Below, piece by piece: positions 1 through 9,711 of a stretch of 64,000 nt of DNA. The notes under the pieces are model-generated. The model made no database searches. It saw nothing but the letters and a program-made list of their open reading frames with translations, and was not told the DNA's origin. Numbering within the stretch: position 1 is the first letter of the stretch; each line of letters starts with the position of its first letter. The position numbers and the translations under genes are program-made. Location: assembly GCA_934085675.1 (NCBI GenBank), contig CAKOHH010000005.1, positions 899 through 64,898 of the forward strand, written 5' to 3'. The DNA comes from an uncultured Bacilli bacterium. GTDB taxonomy: Bacteria; Bacillota_I; Bacilli_A; RF39; UBA660.

Positions 1-1610
1 GTCCAGATAAATTTGAAAATATTATTGGGCAAGATTACTCCATACAAATGCTGAAAAATTCTATTATTCACAATAAAATATCGCATGCTTATTTGTTTAC
101 AGGGCCTAGAGGAACAGGAAAAACATCGACAGCTAAAGTATTTGCTAAAACAATAAATTGTTTAAATCCCGTTAATGGCGAAGCATGTGGCAAGTGTGCT
201 GCTTGTTTAGCTTTTTCAACAAGTCCTGATATAATAGAAATAGACGCAGCTTCAAATAATGGTGTTGATGATATAAGAGAACTTATCAACAATGTAAAAA
301 TTGCTCCTTCTGAGGGTAAATATAAAATCTATATTATAGATGAAGTACACATGATGACAACTAGTGCTTTTAATGCTTTGTTATTAACACTTGAAGAACC
401 CCCTGCACATGCCGTTTTTATCATGGCTACGACAAATGTAGAAAACGTACCAATAACGATTTTGTCGCGTTGTCAAAGATTTAACTTTCAAAAGATATCT
501 TTAGAAAATTTAAAAAAACAAATTAGGAAAATTTGTGATTTAGAGAAAATAAAAATAACAGAGGAAGCCATCGAAGAAATTGCTTATTTATCCGAAGGAG
601 GTTTAAGGGATGCTCTTAGTCTTTTAGACCAACTTTCTAGTAATGAAGAAGAAATCACTGCTGAAAAAATTTTAGAAAATTATGGATCTATTTCTTCTAA
701 ATTTGTTAAAGATTTATTAAAAGAATTATCAGAAGGAAATGTTTCTTCCGTTATTGATAAGATCCAAGAACTTGAAAATACATCAAGTGACTATAAAATT
801 TTCATAAAAAAAGTTGTACAAGAGTTAGCACATATAGCTGTATTAATAAAAGTAAACAATTATCAAGGAAAATTTAGTTTTCAACAGGTAAAAAAATTAA
901 TCTTTGAATTAAATGATGTGCTTAACAAAATAAATATAAATGTTAATCCATATGAATTAATTGAAATAATTTTATTAAATGTTATTTCAAACGAAGAAAC
1001 TGCAGGAGAGGCAACAGGAGAAAGTAAAATAATTAAAACTAATACTTTTAATGCTGAAAAATTAGTAAATAATAATCCTGAAAACATAGTTTTTGAAAAG
1101 AAGGAAGATAAAATAGCAGAAGAAGTTATTGAAAACAGCGATAATGACGGTAGTGCATACATTAATGAACTAAAGAAAATCCGTGTTAATAATTGTTTTA
1201 CTGACGCAAAAAAGGAAACTTTGATTTCAAATAAAGTTATATGGAATCAAAAAAAATCTGATTCAAATGTTGATAAACGCATTCTGGGGTTAATTGTAGA
1301 CTCTCAATTAGTGGCTTCATCTTTAAAAAATGTCATTATAACTACAAAATTAGCAAGTATGGCAACACTTATTAATAGTCAACTGGAAGAAATAGAAAAA
1401 AATTTAAATTTAGAATTTCATATAATTGCTTTAAGTATGGAAGAGTGGACAAATGAAAAAAATAAATATATTCAGAATATAAAAAATAAATATGTTTATA
1501 ATTATATTGAAGAAGAAACGATTGCAAATTTAAAGCCTAAAAAGGCAAGTAGTGATTTTGAAGAAATTACTACAAATATATTTAATAGTGATAAAATAGA
1601 AATTGTGTAA
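1..1610 (+). CDS. dnaX: DNA polymerase III subunit gamma/tau, 5' end cut by the window edge
   Basis: The frame is open from base 3 (PDKFENIIGQ...), so the ATG at 48 is only the first in-window Met. Walker A GPRGTGKT, DEVHM and SRCQRF motifs. Followed by ebfC-recR. Confidence 0.95.
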   Translation, partial: PDKFENIIGQDYSIQMLKNSIIHNKISHAYLFTGPRGTGKTSTAKVFAKTINCLNPVNGEACGKCAACLAFSTSPDIIEIDAASNNGVDDIRELINNVKIAPSEGKYKIYIIDEVHMMTTSAFNALLLTLEEPPAHAVFIMATTNVENVPITILSRCQRFNFQKISLENLKKQIRKICDLEKIKITEEAIEEIAYLSEGGLRDALSLLDQLSSNEEEITAEKILENYGSISSKFVKDLLKELSEGNVSSVIDKIQELENTSSDYKIFIKKVVQELAHIAVLIKVNNYQGKFSFQQVKKLIFELNDVLNKININVNPYELIEIILLNVISNEETAGEATGESKIIKTNTFNAEKLVNNNPENIVFEKKEDKIAEEVIENSDNDGSAYINELKKIRVNNCFTDAKKETLISNKVIWNQKKSDSNVDKRILGLIVDSQLVASSLKNVIITTKLASMATLINSQLEEIEKNLNLEFHIIALSMEEWTNEKNKYIQNIKNKYVYNYIEEETIANLKPKKASSDFEEITTNIFNSDKIEIV

Positions 1611-1628
1611 AGAAAGAAGGAAAGTAAA

Positions 1629-1925
1629 ATGAATATGCAAAGTATAATGGCACAAGCTCAAAGAATGCAACGTGACATTCAAAAAAAGAAAGATGAAATA
1701 AATCAAAAATTATTTCCCGGGAAATATGAATTTGTAGAAGTTATCTTAAATGGTAAAAAAGAATTGACAAAAATAACAATAAATAAGGATAACTTAGATA
1801 AAGAAGATATTGAAATGTTAGAAGATTTTATTGTTCTAGCGCAAAAACAAGCTTTAGCAGATATTGATAAAGAAATTCAAAGTAAAATGGGCCAATATGC
1901 TGGGATGCTTGATGGTTTAATGTAA
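1629..1925 (+). CDS. ebfC: YbaB/EbfC nucleoid-associated protein
   Basis: 98 aa with an N-terminal MQ-rich helix (AQAQRMQRDIQK). Canonical position between dnaX and recR. Confidence 0.9.
   Translation: MNMQSIMAQAQRMQRDIQKKKDEINQKLFPGKYEFVEVILNGKKELTKITINKDNLDKEDIEMLEDFIVLAQKQALADIDKEIQSKMGQYAGMLDGLM
1711..1726. repeat. Palindrome copy 1: TATTTCCCGGGAAATA (16-bp perfect)
   Basis: Read directly. Lies inside ebfC and encodes LFPGKY. Confidence 0.95.
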
Positions 1926-1926
1926 T

Positions 1927-2535
1927 ATGAATTCTGTATATCCTAATAGTTTAGAAAGTATCATTGAATTTTTTAAAAAGTTTCCAGGTATTGGTGAAAA
2001 AAGTGCAGAGAGAATGGCTTTATCTATATTGAATATCCCTTTGGGTGAAATACAAATAGCAAGTGATGCTTTAGTTAAAGCACGTGAAACCCTTCATCCT
2101 TGTGATATCTGTGGCAATTTGACAGATTCTTTAAAATGCAATATTTGTGAAGATAAAACTAGAAATCAAAATTTAATATGCGTAGTTGAGGATTACAAAA
2201 GTATTTACGCTTTTGAAAAAGCTGGAAATTTTAAGGGTGTCTATCATGTATTAAATGGACTAATATCGCCTATAGATGATATTGGAGTGGACGATATTAA
2301 TTTGTCATCACTCATAAGAAGAATCCAGAAATTAGAAAATCCAGAACTTATTTTAGCTTTAAAAGGAACCATAGAAGGTGAAACCACAACATTATATATC
2401 AAAAAGATATTTGAAAATCAAAATATAAAAATATCAAGGTTGTCTTATGGATTACCGAGTGGAGCCGAGATTGATTATTTAGATATGTCAACAATAGAAA
2501 AAGCGTTAAAGGATAGAAAAATAATTTCAGAATAA
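1927..2535 (+). CDS. recR: Recombination protein RecR
   Basis: C4 zinc finger CDICGNLTDSLKCNIC, Toprim-like C-terminal half, dnaX-ebfC-recR synteny. Confidence 0.95.
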   Translation: MNSVYPNSLESIIEFFKKFPGIGEKSAERMALSILNIPLGEIQIASDALVKARETLHPCDICGNLTDSLKCNICEDKTRNQNLICVVEDYKSIYAFEKAGNFKGVYHVLNGLISPIDDIGVDDINLSSLIRRIQKLENPELILALKGTIEGETTTLYIKKIFENQNIKISRLSYGLPSGAEIDYLDMSTIEKALKDRKIISE

Positions 2536-2585
2536 AATCTGAAATTTTTTCATATTCTGTAACAAAGATAAAAGGAAAATGACAG

Positions 2586-2771
2586 ATGAAAAAATTGATA
2601 AATATACTTCGAAAAGTAGTATGGGCATTTTTATTACTTTATGGTTTGAATTATTTTATATCGTCCTTACATATTTATATACCTATTAATTTTATTACTG
2701 TCAGTATCGTTACATTACTAGGTTTACCAGGGCTTTCTGCTTTAATTATTTTGTTTTTTATAGTAAAATAA
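2586..2771 (+). CDS. bofA: BofA-family small membrane protein (pro-sigma-K processing inhibitor-like)
   Basis: 61-aa two-TM protein. HIYIPINFITVSIVTLLGLPGLSALI resembles the B. subtilis BofA C-terminal motif. Sits downstream of recR as in Bacillus. Confidence 0.6.
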   Translation: MKKLINILRKVVWAFLLLYGLNYFISSLHIYIPINFITVSIVTLLGLPGLSALIILFFIVK

Positions 2772-2777
2772 TTAAAG

Positions 2778-3623
2778 GTGATGTCTATGACGGAAACATC
2801 TGGAATACAGCAATTATATCAAGAATACATGAGTGAGCATCTTTCTCATGCTTTTTTGCTTGAAACAAATAATCAAGAAAAATGTTTGAAAGAATTATTA
2901 CAATTTTTGAGTAAAATTAACGAAGTTGAAAATGAACAAGAAAATATTAAATTAAATAAACTTATTTTAAATGAAACATTACCTAGTTTAGTAGTTATAA
3001 GACCAGATGGTAATTCAATAAAAAAAGAACAAATTATAAATTTGAAAACATCTTTTCAAACAAAACCAATTTTTTCTAAGTATAATATGTATGTTATACT
3101 AAATGCTGAAGATTTAAATCCGTCTAGTGCTAATACGATTTTAAAATTTTTAGAAGAACCAGAAGATTTTATATTAGGTTTTTTTATTACAGATAACAAA
3201 GAAAATATAATAGATACTATTCGCAGTCGGTGTGAGATTATCAGAGTGAATTATGAACAAAATCATGAAAATGACATACCTAAAGTTTGGGAAGATTTAG
3301 CGATAAATTATATTAGGGAGTATGAAATTATAGGTGATAATACTTTACTTTATAATAAACAAGTTATTTTGCCACTAATTCACGATAAAAAAGAATTAAA
3401 ATACTTATTTCAGGCAATCTTTAATACTTATTATGGAATATATATTTGTAAATTAAAAAATCTAGAATTAGAAGAAAAGTATAGTAGTTTAAATTTTGTT
3501 ATGAAAAAAGATAAAAATTATTTTTACAATCAAGTTAAATATATTGCTAATTTACTTGATAATCTTAATTTTAATTTAAACACGTCATTTGTTTTGGATT
3601 GTTTTGTATTGGAAAGTAGGTGA
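2778..3623 (+). CDS. holB: DNA polymerase III delta' subunit
   Basis: Clamp-loader-like HAFLLE, LKFLEEPE and SRCEII motifs with no Walker A. Precedes ricT as in Bacillus. Start is ambiguous (GTG 2778, ATG 2781 or 2787). Confidence 0.8.
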   Translation: MMSMTETSGIQQLYQEYMSEHLSHAFLLETNNQEKCLKELLQFLSKINEVENEQENIKLNKLILNETLPSLVVIRPDGNSIKKEQIINLKTSFQTKPIFSKYNMYVILNAEDLNPSSANTILKFLEEPEDFILGFFITDNKENIIDTIRSRCEIIRVNYEQNHENDIPKVWEDLAINYIREYEIIGDNTLLYNKQVILPLIHDKKELKYLFQAIFNTYYGIYICKLKNLELEEKYSSLNFVMKKDKNYFYNQVKYIANLLDNLNFNLNTSFVLDCFVLESR

Positions 3624-3627
3624 TTAA

Positions 3628-4413
3628 ATGAACATTTATGAAGTTATCTTTAAAGATAAGGGAAAAGGTTATTATTTTAAAATTGAAAATGTTTTTATTC
3701 CCAATAAAGTAACGGTTATTGTTGAAACTGAAAAAGGCTTGCAATTCGGAAGGGTTGTCAAAAAAATAACGGACACTTCTATTAAAGAAGAAGACATTAA
3801 AAATATAATTAGAATTGCTACAAAAAAAGATTATGAACAATATTTAAAAAATTTAAAAGAAGCTGAAATAGCTCTACAAACTGCTCGAGAAGAAGCCAAA
3901 AAGAGCAAATTAAATATGAACTTTATAGACGCTTCATTTACATTTGATAGAAAACAATTATTATTTAATTTTTATGCTGATCAAAGAGTAGATTTTAGAG
4001 AACTTGCTAAAATATTAGCAGCAAAGTATAAAACACGTATTGAACTACGACAAATTGGCGCTCGAGATAAAGCAAGTGAAGTAGGCGGTATTGGCATTTG
4101 CGGACGTAAATTATGTTGTGCGGGATGTTATAAAGTAAATGAATCAATTACTATGCAAATGGCTAAAAACCAAAATATTGCTTTAAATCCATCTAAAATA
4201 AATGGCGCATGTGGTAGATTACTTTGTTGCTTATCTTATGAAGATAAAGAATATGTGAGATGTTCTAAACAATTACCTAGTATTGGAGATACTATAAAAA
4301 CACCTAATGGTGAAGGAAAAGTAGTAAGCATTGATATTTTAAATTTTAATTGTAAAGTTTTAGTAGGTGAAGAAATAGTTGAGGTTAAAATAAACGATGA
4401 AAAAGACGCTTAA
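3628..4413 (+). CDS. ricT: PSP1-domain protein RicT/YaaT (stage 0 sporulation protein)
   Basis: PSP1 core with Cys clusters GICGRKLCCAGCY and CGRLLCC. holB-yaaT synteny. Confidence 0.9.
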   Translation: MNIYEVIFKDKGKGYYFKIENVFIPNKVTVIVETEKGLQFGRVVKKITDTSIKEEDIKNIIRIATKKDYEQYLKNLKEAEIALQTAREEAKKSKLNMNFIDASFTFDRKQLLFNFYADQRVDFRELAKILAAKYKTRIELRQIGARDKASEVGGIGICGRKLCCAGCYKVNESITMQMAKNQNIALNPSKINGACGRLLCCLSYEDKEYVRCSKQLPSIGDTIKTPNGEGKVVSIDILNFNCKVLVGEEIVEVKINDEKDA

Positions 4414-5107
4414 TTGGTTATTCGATTATCCTGCGCTTAAAGTTTATCAATACGAAGAAGCATTTAAATTTTCCTTAGATTCTATTCTTTTATTTGAATT
4501 TGCTCAGATAAAAAAGAATGATAACAAGATTATGGATTTTTGTACGGGTAACGCTGTTATTCCTATCTTAGTTTATAATAAATACAAAAAAGATGTTGTT
4601 GGGATAGAGTATCAAAAGGAAATATATGATCTAGCTGTTGAATCTGTAAAGCAAAATAAGATGGAAAAGCACATTTCTTTGTTTCATGATACTGTATTAA
4701 ATGTTAAAAATTATTTCCCGGGAAATAATTTTGACGTAATTTTGTGTAATCCACCTTATTTTAAGTACGAACAAACGAGCCATATTAATAAAAATGAATT
4801 AAAAAGTGTTGCCAGACATGAGATTACCTTAAAATTAGAAGATATTTTTATAATGGCAAAATACTTATTGAAAGATAATGGCAAAATATATATGGTTCAT
4901 ATTCCAAGTCGAATTGATGAACTTATTGTTTACGCTAATAAATATGGATTTGCCGTAAAAGAATTACAATTTATTCAGGCTAAAGAAAATGCTAAGCCAG
5001 AAATAGTGTTGTTGACATGTGTAAAAAGTGGCAACTTTGGAACAAAAGTATATGCTCCTATTAATATACATAATTTAACAACGTATCAAAATATATTTAG
5101 GAGATGA
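4397..5107 (+). CDS. SAM-dependent N6-adenine methyltransferase, tRNA1(Val) m6A37 (YfiC/YabB-like)
   Basis: NPPY motif (ILCNPPYF), DFCTGNA SAM-binding loop, YabB position after yaaT. Confidence 0.75.
   Translation: MKKTLNWLFDYPALKVYQYEEAFKFSLDSILLFEFAQIKKNDNKIMDFCTGNAVIPILVYNKYKKDVVGIEYQKEIYDLAVESVKQNKMEKHISLFHDTVLNVKNYFPGNNFDVILCNPPYFKYEQTSHINKNELKSVARHEITLKLEDIFIMAKYLLKDNGKIYMVHIPSRIDELIVYANKYGFAVKELQFIQAKENAKPEIVLLTCVKSGNFGTKVYAPINIHNLTTYQNIFRR
4707..4732. repeat. Palindrome copy 2: AAAATTATTTCCCGGGAAATAATTTT (26-bp perfect)
   Basis: Read directly. Lies inside the methyltransferase CDS and encodes KNYFPGNNF. Confidence 0.95.
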
Positions 5108-5664
5108 AAAATATGAAAATGATAGTTGGTCTAGGTAATCCTGGAAAAGAATATGAAAATACAAGACATAATGTTGGTTTTATGATATTAGATTCTTTTA
5201 TAAAAGATTTTAAACTAGAAAAAAAATTTCAAGCAATGATTAAAGTGTCGGATGTAGCAGGGGAAAAATGTTTGTTTGTGAAACCTTTAACATTTATGAA
5301 TGAAAGCGGTTTAAGTGTTGGTAAAATTGCTAAATACTATAATATATCATGTTCTGATATATTTGTAATTCAAGATGATATGGATTTACCATTTGGCAAA
5401 ATTAAACTAAAAATAAATAGTAGTGCTGGTGGTCATAATGGAATTAAATCAATTATTAATGCTTTATCATCTAATTCTTTTGCCCGTTTAAAAGTAGGAA
5501 TTGCTCATGACAAAGATAATGATGCTATAAAACATGTATTAGGGCATTTTTCTAAAACAGAAATGGAATTTTTTGAAAAAAATTATGACCATTTTCAAGA
5601 AATAATTGTTTCATATATTAGAAATGGTATAGATGTAACAATGAATCGTTATAATACAAAGTAG
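5104..5664 (+). CDS. pth: Peptidyl-tRNA hydrolase
   Basis: GLGNPG...YENTRHNVGF N-terminus. ATGA overlap with the upstream gene. An AGGAG 9 nt upstream favours the alternative start at 5113. Confidence 0.95.
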   Translation: MKNMKMIVGLGNPGKEYENTRHNVGFMILDSFIKDFKLEKKFQAMIKVSDVAGEKCLFVKPLTFMNESGLSVGKIAKYYNISCSDIFVIQDDMDLPFGKIKLKINSSAGGHNGIKSIINALSSNSFARLKVGIAHDKDNDAIKHVLGHFSKTEMEFFEKNYDHFQEIIVSYIRNGIDVTMNRYNTK

Positions 5665-5672
5665 GTGTTAAC

Positions 5673-8600
5673 GTGAAAAAATTTGAAGAATTTACATACG
5701 AAAATGGTTCAATTATTGAAGGCTTGACTAAAGAGTTATCGTATCGTTATATTATTAATTATTTTGATACTCAAGAAAATTCTCTTTTAATTGTTACCTC
5801 TAATTTATATGATGCAAATAAAATTCAAAATTCTTTACAAACATACGAAGAAAATGTTTTCCTTTTTCCAATGGATGATTTTTTAACCTCACTTGCTTTG
5901 GCGGTCTCACCCGAATTAAAACTAAAACGTTTAGAGACTCTTGAGAAAATTCAAAATAACAAATGTATTGTGGTTACTAACATGATGGGATATTTAAAAT
6001 TAAATACCTCTTTAAAAGAACAAAATTCACTATATCAAACTCTTAAAACTAATACAGATGTTAATCGTGATTCATTAGTAGAAATTTTTGAAAAACTAGG
6101 TTATCAAAGGGATTCTATGGTTACATCAACTGGAGAATATGCGGTAAGAGGATTTGTTTTAGATATTTTTTTAGTAGATGAAAAACATCCAATAAGGATT
6201 GAATTTTTTGGAGATACAATTGAAAGTATCCGTTATTTTGATGAAAATACACAACGTACCATTGAAAAAATAGATGAAATCGTTTGCAAACCTGTTGATG
6301 AAATCATTACCGAAAATACCAGTTCTTTATTAGATTATATGCCTAATAGTACAGTTTTTTACTATGATTATCCATTACTTATGACGGCATATACTAAATT
6401 GTTAGAAGAAAAGAAAACATATTTAGAAGAACAAAATTTAGAAGATAAAAAATATTTTTATTCGTTCGAAGAACTATTACCTACTAAAGAACTTTTTATT
6501 AACACCGTAGCTAATGAAATGCAAAAAAAGAAAGTTCATAGTTATAAAACGACTGATATTGAAAATTTTAAAGGTGATTTTAAAAAGTTAAAATCTTTTG
6601 TAGATAAAAATATAGCCTTAAAAAAAACAATTGTTTTTTTCCTTTCAACCAAAGAACAGATTGAAGAAATTAAAGATTTATTTAATGAAAATGTTGTATT
6701 AACAAACGAAAATGAACTTTTTTTAGAAAAAATAAATATTGTTCAAAGTAAAATTAACAAAGGTTTTATCTGGGATGATTTAGTTGTTATCTCAGAAAAT
6801 GATATTGAAGAAATAAAAGAAAAAATAACTTATAAAAATAATTTACATATTGGTAAAAAAATTCGTAACCTAGACGCGATTGCAATTGGAGATTATGTTG
6901 TTCATAGAAATCATGGTATTGGTATTTATGCAGGTGTTGTTACTTTAACGATTGGTGGACTTAAAAAAGATTATTTACAAATAGAGTATTTTGGAAACGA
7001 TAAAGTCTATGTTCCAGTTGAAAAAATATCAAGTATTTATAAATACAGTGATAAAGATGGAATGAAACCTCAGATAAGTAAGCTTAATTCAACAGCTTGG
7101 CAAAGAAAAAAACAAGCTTTACAAAAGAAAATTAAAGATATTTCAGGAGAGCTTATCAAGCTTTATGCTGAAAGAAATAATATTGAAGGGGAAGCTTATA
7201 AAGATTTTGAAGAAGAAACTATTTTTGCCAATGATTTTACATATGAACCAACCAAAGATCAACAATTTGCTATTGATGATGTTTTAAAAGATTTGGATTC
7301 TAAAGTTCCTATGGATCGTTTACTATGTGGAGACGTTGGTTTTGGCAAAACAGAAGTTGCTTTTCGTGCCATGTTTAAGGCAGTATGTAATAATAAACAA
7401 GTAATGTATCTTTGTCCAACAACAATTTTATCTAAACAACAATATGAATCAGCATTAGATAGATTCAAAAATTTTCCTGTGGAAATAAGATTATTTAATC
7501 GATTTACTTCAACTAAAGAAGCCAACGAAATTATTGAGGATTTAGCCAGTGGAAAAATAGATATTGTTTTTGGAACACATCGTTTACTATCTGATAAAAT
7601 TAAACCTAAAAAACTAGGATTGCTGGTTATTGACGAAGAACAACGTTTTGGTGTTACTCATAAAGAGAAAATAAAAAATTTAAAAAAAGATGTTAACGTT
7701 TTAACCCTATCTGCAACACCGATACCTCGTACTTTAAAGATGAGTTTATCAGGTTTAAGAGATTTATCAATTATAGATACACCACCGGTTAACAGATATC
7801 CTATTCAAACATATGTTATTCCAGAAAGTGATATGATTGTGAAAGATGCGATTTATAAAGAATTAGGACGAGATGGCCAATGCTTTATTTTATATAATCG
7901 TGTTGAAACTATTGAAAAAGCTGTCGAGAAAATACATGATTTGGTGCCAGAAGCGAGAATACAGTATGCTCATGGTAGATTAAATAAAATCGAGTTAGAT
8001 AATATTATGTCTGATTTTATTAATCATAAATTTGATATACTTGTTAGTACAACAATTATAGAAACAGGTATTGATATTCCAAACGCTAATACTTTAATTA
8101 TTTATGATGCCGATTGTTTTGGCTTGAGTCAACTTTATCAATTAAGAGGAAGAGTTGGTAGAAGTAATAAAATTGCCTATGCTTACTTACTTTATAGTAA
8201 AGAAAAAATGCTTAATGATATTGCAGTAAAAAGATTACAAGCCATTCGTGATTTTACAGAATTAGGAAGCGGTTATAAAATTGCTATGCGAGATTTATCT
8301 ATCCGTGGAGCAGGTGATTTATTGGGAAGTGAACAAGCAGGTTTTGTTGATACAGTAGGAATCAGTCTTTATATGAAAATGATAGAAGAGGAAATGAGAC
8401 GCCTTAAAGGTGAAAATGTTGAAACTGATGAGGAAAGTGAATCATTAGTTAAGGTAGAAACTCATATTTCAGATCAATATGTTTCCGATGAAGAAGTAAA
8501 AATCGAAATCCACAAAATGATTAACGAGATAGATTCTTATCAGAAATTAGAAGATGTTCGTAAAAATTTAGAAGACCGTTTTGGTAAAATAACCAAAGAA

Positions 8601-8891
8601 ATGGAAATCTACATGTATGAAGAATGGTTTGAAAAACTAGCAGAACGCTTGAAAATTACCAAAGTTATTCAAAATAATCTTTATGTTTTGCTTTGGTTAC
8701 CAGAAGAAACTTCTAATAAAGTAAAAGGAGATAAATTATTTTTACAGGCTTTCAATATTAATCAAAAATTTGAAATTAAATATGAAAATAATCAAATTGG
8801 TATCAAATTAAATATTGTAAATAATGAAAAACATTTTCTTTATTATATTGTACCTTTACTTCAAAAAATCGCGGATGATTTATCTGTATAA
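5673..8891 (+). CDS. mfd: Transcription-repair coupling factor
   Basis: 1072 aa. CarD-like RNAP-interaction region, SF2 helicase motifs GDVGFGKTEVA and DEEQRFG, TRCF C-terminus. pth-mfd-spoVT synteny. Confidence 0.97.
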   Translation: MKKFEEFTYENGSIIEGLTKELSYRYIINYFDTQENSLLIVTSNLYDANKIQNSLQTYEENVFLFPMDDFLTSLALAVSPELKLKRLETLEKIQNNKCIVVTNMMGYLKLNTSLKEQNSLYQTLKTNTDVNRDSLVEIFEKLGYQRDSMVTSTGEYAVRGFVLDIFLVDEKHPIRIEFFGDTIESIRYFDENTQRTIEKIDEIVCKPVDEIITENTSSLLDYMPNSTVFYYDYPLLMTAYTKLLEEKKTYLEEQNLEDKKYFYSFEELLPTKELFINTVANEMQKKKVHSYKTTDIENFKGDFKKLKSFVDKNIALKKTIVFFLSTKEQIEEIKDLFNENVVLTNENELFLEKINIVQSKINKGFIWDDLVVISENDIEEIKEKITYKNNLHIGKKIRNLDAIAIGDYVVHRNHGIGIYAGVVTLTIGGLKKDYLQIEYFGNDKVYVPVEKISSIYKYSDKDGMKPQISKLNSTAWQRKKQALQKKIKDISGELIKLYAERNNIEGEAYKDFEEETIFANDFTYEPTKDQQFAIDDVLKDLDSKVPMDRLLCGDVGFGKTEVAFRAMFKAVCNNKQVMYLCPTTILSKQQYESALDRFKNFPVEIRLFNRFTSTKEANEIIEDLASGKIDIVFGTHRLLSDKIKPKKLGLLVIDEEQRFGVTHKEKIKNLKKDVNVLTLSATPIPRTLKMSLSGLRDLSIIDTPPVNRYPIQTYVIPESDMIVKDAIYKELGRDGQCFILYNRVETIEKAVEKIHDLVPEARIQYAHGRLNKIELDNIMSDFINHKFDILVSTTIIETGIDIPNANTLIIYDADCFGLSQLYQLRGRVGRSNKIAYAYLLYSKEKMLNDIAVKRLQAIRDFTELGSGYKIAMRDLSIRGAGDLLGSEQAGFVDTVGISLYMKMIEEEMRRLKGENVETDEESESLVKVETHISDQYVSDEEVKIEIHKMINEIDSYQKLEDVRKNLEDRFGKITKEMEIYMYEEWFEKLAERLKITKVIQNNLYVLLWLPEETSNKVKGDKLFLQAFNINQKFEIKYENNQIGIKLNIVNNEKHFLYYIVPLLQKIADDLSV

Positions 8892-8938
8892 AAAAAGTTC
8901 ATCTCTCCAAACTAATGAGGTAGAATGGAGTGAATATC

Positions 8939-9445
8939 TTGAAGGAAACAGGTATTATTCGAAAGGTCGATGAATTAGGCAGAATTGTTTTACCTAAAGA
9001 AATTCGTAAAACTTTAGGAATAAAAGATGGTGAAGATTTAGAAATATATATTAAGGATAAAGCCATTTATTTACAAAAGTATTCTCGTTTATGGGCATTA
9101 AAAGATATTTCTGAAATATTAATTCAATATGCTTTAGAAGAAATGAATTTAAATATTATTATTACAGACAAAGAACAGATATTAGCAAGTTTTAATAGGG
9201 AATTAGTTTATCGAAAATTAGATATAAAATTTGAAAATCTCTTAAACTCATTTGAAATTTATGAGTCAATCACAGAAGAACAATTTTTTTCTTTAAATGG
9301 TTTTTGGTTTGTAAAGCCAATTAATGTACATGGGGATATTATAGGTTTTCTAATTCTTTATTCCTTGAATAAAATAGAAGAATATATGAAGAATTTTCTA
9401 TCATTTTTAGAAAAAATAATAATAAATAAAATTGACATTGTTTAA
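8939..9445 (+). CDS. spoVT: Stage V sporulation regulator SpoVT (AbrB-type SpoVT/AbrB N-domain plus GAF-like C-domain)
   Basis: KETGIIRKVDELGRIVLPKEIRKTLGIKDGEDLEIY matches the AbrB/SpoVT swapped-hairpin domain. TTG 8939 lies 9 nt after GGAG; the ORF track begins at GTG 8930. Confidence 0.85.
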   Translation: MKETGIIRKVDELGRIVLPKEIRKTLGIKDGEDLEIYIKDKAIYLQKYSRLWALKDISEILIQYALEEMNLNIIITDKEQILASFNRELVYRKLDIKFENLLNSFEIYESITEEQFFSLNGFWFVKPINVHGDIIGFLILYSLNKIEEYMKNFLSFLEKIIINKIDIV

Positions 9446-9459
9446 TTTTGTGCTAGAAT
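9432..9459 (+). promoter_or_regulatory. Sigma-A-type promoter for the metG leader
   Basis: TTGACA (9432-9437), 16-nt spacer, then extended -10 TGcTAGAAT (9454-9459). Confidence 0.6.
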
Positions 9460-9464
9460 TATGT

Positions 9465-9666
9465 TAATCAACGACGAAGGAAAGAGTAAATAATAGAACT
9501 TTGAAGAGAGTTTATGGTCGGTGCAAATAAATATTGTTTTATTATTGAAGATGGCTCTGGAGTTGAATCGTATTTCTAGCGTTAAAAGAAAAAGAGCATG
9601 GTTATAATCATGAATAAAGGTGGTACCACGGGGTAAACTCGTCCTTTAGTTCATGATTTTTTTTAT
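9465..9666 (+). promoter_or_regulatory. T-box riboswitch leader, Met specifier (ATG)
   Basis: Stem I elements (GAAGAGAG bulge, distal GGTGCAA). ATG in the specifier position (TTTATGG). T-box sequence AAAGGTGGTACCACGGGG at about 9616-9633. Terminator stem AATCATGAA/TTCATGATT followed by a U-tract. Sits upstream of metG. Confidence 0.85.
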
Positions 9667-9667
9667 T

Positions 9668-9691
9668 AAATTATTTCCCGGGAAATAATTT
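9668..9691. repeat. Palindrome copy 3: AAATTATTTCCCGGGAAATAATTT (24-bp perfect), intergenic
   Basis: Read directly. Sits between the T-box terminator U-tract and the metG SD. Identical 24-mer to 4708-4731. Confidence 0.95.
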
Positions 9692-9711
9692 TTAGGAAAG
9701 GAAGAGGAAAA

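Noticed and set aside
89-1162. Minus-strand ORFs 89-292 and 881-1162 inside dnaX.
   Set aside because: They are antisense shadow frames within a strongly supported CDS. Their composition is hydrophobic and low-complexity, as is typical of AT-rich antisense frames, and they have no SD.
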